Shown piece after piece: positions 17,793 to 24,621 of a DNA stretch of 64,000 bases. The notes beneath the pieces were generated by a model, which did not search any database, had not been told where the DNA came from, and worked only from the letters and a program-made list of their open reading frames with translations. How positions within the stretch are numbered: position 1 is the stretch's first letter; each line of letters begins with the position of its first letter. A program made the translations under genes and the position numbers. The DNA is from Sandaracinaceae bacterium (GTDB taxonomy: Bacteria > Myxococcota_A > Polyangia > Polyangiales > Houyiibacteriaceae), in contig JACKEI010000004.1 of assembly GCA_020633075.1 (NCBI GenBank), positions 97,092 through 161,091 on the forward strand, in the 5' to 3' direction.

Positions 17793-19130
17793 ATGAACAG
17801 GACGACACAGGGGTTGACCCGCGCCGCCACGCAGGGCTTGGCGGGGGTCGTGATGCTGGGGGCCGCGCTGCTGGGGACCGCGACGCCGGCCGCCGCGCAG
17901 GCGCGCACGTTCGGGCTTGCGCCGGCCGCGGCCACTTCCGGTCCGCCGCCACGCTTCTTGGACGAGGCGTCGCTGCGCGTGGACCTCAACACGGGCGGCA
18001 GCAGCGAGGGCTACAAGTTCCGCGTGACCGTGACGGGGCAGGTGCACGGCCGCGCGCTGCAGCAGGCCGACGCCATGCGCCTCGAGTACAAGGTGGGGAG
18101 CCGCGTGCTCGCCACGGTGCGCTGCAGCATCGAGGGCTGGGACGGCTTCCAGTGGCCCAACCGCGACGGGTACTCCGTGGGCAGCTTCAACTGCGGGAGC
18201 GAGCAGGTCATCGACACGGCCGAGGACGCCACCATCCAGCTCACGTACCTGGATGACGAGGACGACCGCCAGATCGCGTTCCGCCCGCTGCAGATCACCG
18301 TGGGCGCCTCCGGGAACTTCACCTACGGCACGGAGCACGACCTGCAGAACTACGTGAACAACCACGGGCTGGTGGGCGCGTCCACCATCTGGCTGCGCGA
18401 AGAGCCCTTCGGGAGCGGACCCAAGGTCCTGTTCACCTTCTGGGCGAACCCCCTCGACGCCGCGCGCCGTCCGGACGACGTGTCGCTGCGCTGCACCCTC
18501 AACGGCGAGCGCATCCGCGAGAACATCACCGTGGCCGGCACCATGATGCACGGTCGCGGCGGCAACACGGCGAGCTACCTGGGTCAGGACCGCACCAACG
18601 ACAACTTCGGCTACACCTACTACGAGCTCGCCACGGGCTTCACCTACGCCGGCCGCGGCGGGCAGGGCGACCGCTACGACCTGGCCGCGCACCCGGGCAA
18701 CTACGCCTGTCAGGTGCGCGTCGCGGGCACGCCCGTGCGCGAGTTCCTGTTCACCGTCGCCGCCAACGGCAGCGTGGCGCCGCACCCCGAGCAGCTGGGT
18801 GAGGGGGCCCTCTACCTCACGCCCGGTCGCGTCCTGGTGGACACCCGCTTGCCCACGCCGGACCAGTGGGACCGTGGCTTCGACCCCGCCGCCATCCGCG
18901 CGGGCAGCTTCTTCGGGCGCCCCTGGCGCGACGTGAGCTCGCTCTCGGCCATGATGGCCGCGCTGCCCGCCGCCGTGGTGGGCACCCTCGACCCCACCCC
19001 GCCGCCCGCAGGCGCCACCATCCACGGCTTCTCGCGGCCGACGGCGGGCGCTGGGCGCGCCGGCAGCTCGCGCGGCGGGAGCGCGGGTGGCGGTGGGAGC
19101 AGCATGAGCAGCATGAGCCGCATGCGCTGA
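17793..19130 (+). CDS. hypothetical secreted protein (paralog of 46807-48093)
   Basis: ORF 17667..19130 trimmed to MNRTTQGLTRAATQGLAGVVMLGAALLGTATPAAAQA (signal). The C-terminal half aligns by eye with the 46807-48093 product. Confidence 0.65.
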   Translation: MNRTTQGLTRAATQGLAGVVMLGAALLGTATPAAAQARTFGLAPAAATSGPPPRFLDEASLRVDLNTGGSSEGYKFRVTVTGQVHGRALQQADAMRLEYKVGSRVLATVRCSIEGWDGFQWPNRDGYSVGSFNCGSEQVIDTAEDATIQLTYLDDEDDRQIAFRPLQITVGASGNFTYGTEHDLQNYVNNHGLVGASTIWLREEPFGSGPKVLFTFWANPLDAARRPDDVSLRCTLNGERIRENITVAGTMMHGRGGNTASYLGQDRTNDNFGYTYYELATGFTYAGRGGQGDRYDLAAHPGNYACQVRVAGTPVREFLFTVAANGSVAPHPEQLGEGALYLTPGRVLVDTRLPTPDQWDRGFDPAAIRAGSFFGRPWRDVSSLSAMMAALPAAVVGTLDPTPPPAGATIHGFSRPTAGAGRAGSSRGGSAGGGGSSMSSMSRMR

Positions 19131-19226
19131 CTCGCGGACCGACGGACACGGGCCAGCGCGACCCCATGGCGGCGCGCGCCGGCCCTGCCGCCGGGGGGTA
19201 GGCACACGCCGGCAACAAGGCTACGG

Positions 19227-21314
19227 TTGCCGCTCCCCGTGTCCACTCAGCGCGCCACCGTCGGTGATCTCGCGCGTACGCTCGAGCGTCGCGTCTACGT
19301 CGACCGGCCCGGCGCCCAGGAGCTGTTCGATCAGCTGCTGGCGTCGGCGGACGGTCGCCCCAGCGTGCTCTTCGTGACGGCTCCGGGAGGCTCGGGCAAG
19401 AGCGTGTGTCTGCGGCTCTTCGAGGCGCAGGCCGAGCAGCGCGGGGTGCGCACCTGTTTTCTGGACGCGCGTGACGTGCCGGCCGACGCGCGGGCGGCCG
19501 AGCTGGCGATCCTCCAGGCCGTGAGCGTGGTCGCCGGGGCCGCGCGAGGCGTGGTCTTCGTGGACACCTTCGAGGCGCATCAGGCCTTGGAGCGCGTCTA
19601 CCGCGAGCGCATCCTGCTGAAGACGCCGCACCACGTGCGCGTCGTGCTCGCTGGGCGGCAGTCGCCCGACGGGGCCTGGGCCACGGACCCGGTGTGGTCG
19701 CAGCTGATGCGCACCTACCGGCTGCCGCTCTTGAGCGACGACGAAGCGCGCGCCCTGCTGCGGGCCCGTGACGTGCCCCAGGCCGAGCAGGCGGAGCTGA
19801 TCCTGCTGGGGCGCGGACACGCGCTGACGCTGGCCTGTCTGGCGACCGAGGGCTTCGACCGCGGGCGCCCGTTTCGCGCCGGCAGCAACCAGCTGGCCGA
19901 GCTGGGCGCGCCCCTGCCCGAGGACGAGAAGCTCGCCATCCTCACGCTGTGCTTGGGCCACTGGGTCCACGAGGCCGACCTCGTGCGGGTGGCGGGCACC
20001 GCGTCGTTCCTGCCGCAGCTCGAGCGCCACGCCTTCGTGGAGCGCGCCGGCACGCGCTGGCGCATCCACGAGCTCTACCGCGACGGCTTCCTCGTGCGCT
20101 TGCGCACGGAACTCCGTGACGCGCTGCCCGGCGTGCTGCGGCGCGGCATCTGGAACGTCATGGCGCGCGTGCGCGAGGAGACCGACTTCGACAAGCGCGT
20201 GCAGCTGCAGTTCGAGGTGGGGTTCTTGCTGCGGGCGGTGCCTCCGGGGGACGGCATCTACGACCTGTTCCACGCAGACCCCTATTACCGCGACGGGCTC
20301 CGCGCCGAGGACGTGCCGCTCATCGTGGCGGCGCTCGAGCGCTTCGAGGGAGCCACCAGCGCGGCGCTCGCCGAGGAGCACCTGCGGCGCTTCCCGGACC
20401 TGTGCCTGGTGCTGCGGGACGCGTTCGGGGCGCCCATCGCCGTGGTCATCTGGATGGAGGCGGCGCGGCTCAGCGAAGAAGACGTGCGCCGGGACCCCGC
20501 CGCCGCTCGGCTGCAGGCCGTCTCCGGTGCCGGGGCGTCCCACCTGGTGCGCTGGTGGTTCACGCTTCACGACTACCAGGCGCCCTCGGCCGCCTTCTCG
20601 CACATCACGGCCTACGCGTCGTCCACGGGCTTCGCGCGGCTGGGGCCTTCGGTGCACGGGCACGTCATCCACACGCTCACGCCCGCCTCGGGCGCGGCCT
20701 GGTACGAGCTGGGGCTCTTGGACCGCATCCCCGAGCTGGAGTTCGAGCTCGAGGGTCACGCGTACACGGTGCTGGGCTACGACTTCCGCGGCGAGACGCA
20801 GCACGAGCGCATGGTGCGCGACATCGAGCGCATGCTGGAGATCGCGGCCAACATGCATGGTGCGCACGCGGCTGCGCCCAGGACGGGGGCGGGCCCGTCG
20901 TCGTCCCCGCCCGAGCCCGCCCTCCAGCGCGTCTGCGCGGTGGCGCCCCGGCCAGCGGGTCTCGACCAGCTTGGGGAGGCCGTGTCCGAGGCCCTGCGCT
21001 GGTACCGCTACGACGACCGCCTGAGCCGCGCTCGGCTGGCGGCGGGCATGCAGACCGAGTCGCCGCTGGACCGTGCCGCGCGGGTGCGGGCCCTGCTCGA
21101 CCAGGCCCACGCGCGCATGCGGCCCACCGGGCGCACCCCCGAGCCGGCCACGCTGATCGCCCGCTCGTACTTCGAGCGCGAGGACAAGCAGCTGGCCATC
21201 GCGCACGACCTCGGCCTCGCCCACGGGACCTACCGCCGGCGCCTGCGCGAGGCCGTGCAGCAGCTGACCGCGTGCGTGGAGAGCGTCTGGGCCGAGGACG
21301 GGGGCACGCTGTGA
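19227..21314 (+). CDS. STAND-type (NB-ARC/AAA_16-like) NTPase with C-terminal sigma70-r4/LuxR-like HTH
   Basis: Walker A VTAPGGSGKS, Walker B VVFVDTFE, RLPLLSDDEARALL and GRGHALTLACLA (GxP-like motif). About 400 aa of unassigned middle region. The C-terminal ..KQLAIAHDLGLAHGTYRRRLREAVQQL.. looks like an HTH. Start is TTG 19227 or GTG 19239. Confidence 0.72.
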   Translation: MPLPVSTQRATVGDLARTLERRVYVDRPGAQELFDQLLASADGRPSVLFVTAPGGSGKSVCLRLFEAQAEQRGVRTCFLDARDVPADARAAELAILQAVSVVAGAARGVVFVDTFEAHQALERVYRERILLKTPHHVRVVLAGRQSPDGAWATDPVWSQLMRTYRLPLLSDDEARALLRARDVPQAEQAELILLGRGHALTLACLATEGFDRGRPFRAGSNQLAELGAPLPEDEKLAILTLCLGHWVHEADLVRVAGTASFLPQLERHAFVERAGTRWRIHELYRDGFLVRLRTELRDALPGVLRRGIWNVMARVREETDFDKRVQLQFEVGFLLRAVPPGDGIYDLFHADPYYRDGLRAEDVPLIVAALERFEGATSAALAEEHLRRFPDLCLVLRDAFGAPIAVVIWMEAARLSEEDVRRDPAAARLQAVSGAGASHLVRWWFTLHDYQAPSAAFSHITAYASSTGFARLGPSVHGHVIHTLTPASGAAWYELGLLDRIPELEFELEGHAYTVLGYDFRGETQHERMVRDIERMLEIAANMHGAHAAAPRTGAGPSSSPPEPALQRVCAVAPRPAGLDQLGEAVSEALRWYRYDDRLSRARLAAGMQTESPLDRAARVRALLDQAHARMRPTGRTPEPATLIARSYFEREDKQLAIAHDLGLAHGTYRRRLREAVQQLTACVESVWAEDGGTL

Positions 21315-21321
21315 TCGCGTC
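21295..21321 (+). repeat. left copy of a 27-nt direct repeat (25/27 identical) spanning a stop/GTG-start junction
   Basis: AGGACGGGGGCACGCTGTGATCGCGTC versus AGGAAGGGGGCACGCCGTGATCGCGTC at 21910-21936, spaced 615 bp apart. Confidence 0.9.
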
Positions 21322-21335
21322 CACACGAGCGTGCG

Positions 21336-21929
21336 GTGTCCAACGCGGCCGACGAACGCTGCAGCGCCTTCGCGCTGGGCTACACTCCATGCGTGCGACG
21401 TCCCGTTGATCCCCCTGCGGTCTTGCGCCTCCTCGAGGCGCTGGGCCGCCGTGCTCGCGGGCCTGGTGGGGTGTACCTCACGGGAGGTGCCACCGCGCTG
21501 CTGCTCGGCTGGCGCACGTCGACCAACGACGTGGACATCAAGCTGGACCCGGAGCCCGACGGGGTGTTCGAGGCCATCGCCTCGCTCAAGAACGAGCTGG
21601 ACGTCAACGTGGAGTTGGCCTCGCCAGACCTGTTCATCCCGGAGCTGCCCGGGTGGCGCGAGCGCTCGCGCTTCGTGGGCGAGTTCGGGAAGCTGCAGGT
21701 CTTCCACTACGACCTGCGGGCCCAGGCGCTGGCCAAGCTCGCGCGCGGCGTGGACCGAGACCTGCTGGACGTGCGCGCCATGCTCGACCTGGGCTTGGTG
21801 TCGCGACAGGACCTACGCGACGCCTTCGAGGCCATCCGTACGCGGCTCATTCGCTTCCCGCGCTTGGACGAGGCGAGCTTTGCGGCTGCGGTCGCACACG
21901 TGTGCGATCAGGAAGGGGGCACGCCGTGA
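21336..21929 (+). CDS. minimal nucleotidyltransferase-fold protein (AbiEii / DUF6036-like)
   Basis: GGVYLTGGATALLLGWRTSTNDVDIKLD fits the NTase hG[GS]-x(9-13)-DhD signature and resembles the AbiEii N-terminal motif. GTG start at 21336 (alternative GTG 21393). Confidence 0.68.
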   Translation: MSNAADERCSAFALGYTPCVRRPVDPPAVLRLLEALGRRARGPGGVYLTGGATALLLGWRTSTNDVDIKLDPEPDGVFEAIASLKNELDVNVELASPDLFIPELPGWRERSRFVGEFGKLQVFHYDLRAQALAKLARGVDRDLLDVRAMLDLGLVSRQDLRDAFEAIRTRLIRFPRLDEASFAAAVAHVCDQEGGTP

Positions 21930-21936
21930 TCGCGTC
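21910..21936 (+). repeat. right copy of the 27-nt direct repeat
   Basis: See 21295-21321. It contains the NTase stop (21927-21929) overlapped by GTG 21926. Confidence 0.9.
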
Positions 21937-22264
21937 GCTGGCCGAGCTCGAGCCCCTCACCGAACTCCCGGGAGCCGAGGTCGTGCTGCAGGGGCTGCGC
22001 GACGTCACCGCGCTTGCACCCACGCCCGAGGCGGCGCTGGTGCAGGCCGCGACGGAGCGCTTCGCGCAGCACGGGGTGCGCATCCCGCGCCTGCCCGAGG
22101 ACGCCGAGCTGGTGCTCTACCGCCGACTGGGCGAGCGCATGGGCCCGGGAGCCGACGTGTACGGCCGCTACAACGCCTGGTTGGATGACTTGGTGAGCTT
22201 CTTGTGCGCGCTGGACCGACGGCGGGCGCTGCGGGGCAAGCTCCCGTCCGACGCGCGCTCCTGA
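21926..22264 (+). CDS. hypothetical small protein (112 aa), GTGA-coupled to the NTase gene
   Basis: GTG at 21926 inside ORF 21653..22264. The sequence from VIASLAELEPL... has plausible helical composition. The upstream part of the track ORF overlaps the NTase gene out of frame and is R/G/A-rich shadow. Confidence 0.45.
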   Translation: MIASLAELEPLTELPGAEVVLQGLRDVTALAPTPEAALVQAATERFAQHGVRIPRLPEDAELVLYRRLGERMGPGADVYGRYNAWLDDLVSFLCALDRRRALRGKLPSDARS

Positions 22265-22342
22265 CGGCCTCCTGGTCCCACGCGCTCGCGCGGGGCTCGA
22301 CGTGCGCGTGCTGGGCGTCTAGCACCCCGGGCTGCTGGCGAC

Positions 22343-23221
22343 TCAGCGCAGGTTGGGGGGCACCACGGGCTCGATCCGGTGGCAGGTGGCCTCCGTGAGC
22401 GCGCCCGGCGCGCCCAGCTCGCCCACGGCGGTGATGGCCTTCTCGGCGGCGTCGCCCCACAGCACGCACACGTCCGCGGGCGTGGGCTCGGTCAGACGAA
22501 ACGCGCCGGGCACGCGCACGCGGTTGCCGCAGTCCACCGTGTCGTCCGCCGGCAGCGGCAGGCTCCACTCGCCGGCTTGGTAGACGGCCACGCGCTGCTG
22601 CCCCTCGAGCCCCGGGCGGCAGGTGAGCTGCACGGCGAAGCGGTCGCCCAGGAGGAAGCTGCTGGGGTCCTCCACCACGGCGCCGTCGCGCTCACGTAGC
22701 AGCGTCAGGCTGAGGTCGCTGCGGCTCGGGGTGGCGGCGTCGGTCGCGCCGATGCGCTCCGTGGGCAGGTCGCTGGGGACCACGCGCGTGATGCCACGCT
22801 CCGGGTCCTGCGGGGTGCCGGGCCGGAGGACGACGAGCGCCACGGCCGCCGCCGCCGCGAGCCCGAGCGTGGCGGGCAGCACCCAGCGCGCGCGGGACTG
22901 AAAGCGCGCGGGGCGCACCACCGTCGCGAGCACGGGCTCCGCAGGAGCGGCGTGCGGGGCACGGCGCGCGGGATCGTCCAGTGCAGGCTCGCGCAGCGCA
23001 GGCTCGCGCGGCGCAAGCTCGGCTGACCGTGAGTCTGCGCTCACGTCCAGCGTGGGCAGCGCCACGGGCGCAGCGCACTCCTCTGCGCACGCACGGCAGG
23101 CCGCGCACTCGCGCAGGTGCGCTTCCACGGTGCGCGCTTCATCACCCGTGAGCTCGCCCAGGGCCAGGCGCTCCAGGCGCAGCCAGGAGACCGGGGTGCC
23201 GGTGCAGACGAGCTCACGCAT
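22343..23221 (-). CDS. anti-sigma factor (zf-HC2 type) with one TM helix and a periplasmic domain
   Basis: N-terminal ..AHLRECAACRAC.. (H-x3-C-x2-C), TM WVLPATLGLAAAAAVALVVL, and an 8-nt overlap with the upstream ECF sigma gene. Confidence 0.8.
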   Translation of the reverse strand: MRELVCTGTPVSWLRLERLALGELTGDEARTVEAHLRECAACRACAEECAAPVALPTLDVSADSRSAELAPREPALREPALDDPARRAPHAAPAEPVLATVVRPARFQSRARWVLPATLGLAAAAAVALVVLRPGTPQDPERGITRVVPSDLPTERIGATDAATPSRSDLSLTLLRERDGAVVEDPSSFLLGDRFAVQLTCRPGLEGQQRVAVYQAGEWSLPLPADDTVDCGNRVRVPGAFRLTEPTPADVCVLWGDAAEKAITAVGELGAPGALTEATCHRIEPVVPPNLR

Positions 23222-23729
23222 GAGGCGGCTCCTCTGCGTCTTGCGCGGCGTCGCGGCGCGCGGCCTCGGCGGACATGGCGCCCAGGGCCACCAGCTCGCT
23301 GCGCAGCGTGGCCATGCGGCGCACCACCGTCTTGCGGCTCACGCCCATCACGCTCGCGATCTCGGTCTGGTCCAGGTCGTCCCAGTAGCGGTAGACCAGC
23401 ACCTCGAGCGTGCCCTCGTCCAGCCGGTCCATGAGCTTCAGCAGCAGGTCCTGCCCCAGCGCCTGCTCGTCGCAGCGGGTGCGCACCACGCCGCGCAGCG
23501 CGGGGGTCTCGCGCTCGAGCAGTCGGGTGTGAGTGTTGCGGTCGCGGATCATGGTCAAGCAGCGGTTGGTGAGGGCGCGGTAGAGATAGGGGAGCTCGAC
23601 GTCCAGCGCGGAGCGCGCGTAGAGGTCCGTGAACAGGCCTTGCACCACGTCGAGGGCATCGTCCCGGTTGCCCAGGAGGCGCGTGGCCTTGCGCAGCAGC
23701 GCGGGGCCGTAGCGGCGGTAGATGTCCAT
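23214..23729 (-). CDS. ECF-type RNA polymerase sigma factor
   Basis: ORF 23214..23984 trimmed to MDIYRRYGPALLRKA.. Region 2 (DALDVVQGLFTDLY) and region 4 (LVYRYWDDLDQTEIASVMGVSRKTVVRRM) are recognisable. Confidence 0.9.
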   Translation of the reverse strand: MDIYRRYGPALLRKATRLLGNRDDALDVVQGLFTDLYARSALDVELPYLYRALTNRCLTMIRDRNTHTRLLERETPALRGVVRTRCDEQALGQDLLLKLMDRLDEGTLEVLVYRYWDDLDQTEIASVMGVSRKTVVRRMATLRSELVALGAMSAEAARRDAAQDAEEPPHA

Positions 23730-23748
23730 CGTGAGGAGTGTGGTGCCA

Positions 23749-24609
23749 CTAAGGGGTGGTCCTGCAAGCGCGGTAGGCGCCGTTGGGGTGCGCGTCGTCC
23801 AGCAGCACCTGGCAGGTCTCGCCCGCGCCGCAGCTCGCGTCGTCGGCGCACTCGCTGCAGGCCTGCCAGCCCGCGATGGGCGCGCACACGCCGCTGCCGC
23901 ACTCTGCGGCGGCCTCGCAGGCCACGCCCAGCGGACGGTTCTCCACGGTGACCGGGTCCACGCAGCCGCTCGCCACGCGGACACCGAAGTGCGCGATGAC
24001 GGCGCGCCCCTCGCCGCGCTTGTGGATGCGGAAGCGCATGCGGCCAGGCCAGGTGGGCACGCTGGTGAGAAAGGACACGGGCTCCCAGTCGCTAGCGGCC
24101 ATGGGCTGCGTGTGGTCCACGGTGCCGTCCGCGCCGTAGTCCACCTCGATCTGCACCTGCGCGCCGGGCTCCACGTCGGCCGTCACGTCGAACTGCAAGC
24201 AGCCGCCCGTTCCGGAGCTCACCTGCCAGATGCAGTCGTTGGTGTCCGGGACATAGAGCCCATCCAGCGAGGCGCAGACGCTCTCTACGTCCTCCGGGGG
24301 TACCTCGAGCCCCTCGGCGTCCATTCGCTCGCTGGTGGGCTTGCCCGTGACCTGCGACAGGACCGTGGGGGTCTCCACCAGGTCCACGCCATAGTCACTG
24401 GGGTGCCAGGTGCCCACGCGGGCGATGCGTCCGGCTTCGAGGTCCCAGCTGCACAGGGTGTCCCCGCACCAGGCTTGGAACGACGGGTCTTCGACCTCTT
24501 CTTCGCAGCCCGAGAAGAGCAGGGTGACGAGGGCCAGGCCGGCGAGTGCGCGGCGGCGCGCAGGGAGCGACACGGGATGGAGCGAGATGGTGTGCAGAGT
24601 CTTGGTCAT
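23749..24609 (-). CDS. hypothetical Cys-rich lipoprotein
   Basis: MTKTLH..LALVTLLFSGCEEE lipobox. Lies 12 nt after the caspase gene and 19 nt before the sigma gene. Confidence 0.65.
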   Translation of the reverse strand: MTKTLHTISLHPVSLPARRRALAGLALVTLLFSGCEEEVEDPSFQAWCGDTLCSWDLEAGRIARVGTWHPSDYGVDLVETPTVLSQVTGKPTSERMDAEGLEVPPEDVESVCASLDGLYVPDTNDCIWQVSSGTGGCLQFDVTADVEPGAQVQIEVDYGADGTVDHTQPMAASDWEPVSFLTSVPTWPGRMRFRIHKRGEGRAVIAHFGVRVASGCVDPVTVENRPLGVACEAAAECGSGVCAPIAGWQACSECADDASCGAGETCQVLLDDAHPNGAYRACRTTP

Positions 24610-24621
24610 GAGCGCCTCGAT

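Noticed and set aside
21311-21409. 32-codon GTG-initiated frame (VIASTRACGVQRGRR..) after the STAND gene stop.
   Set aside because: It is short and R-rich, and it overlaps the NTase gene out of frame. It is most likely a relic of the duplicated junction rather than a gene.
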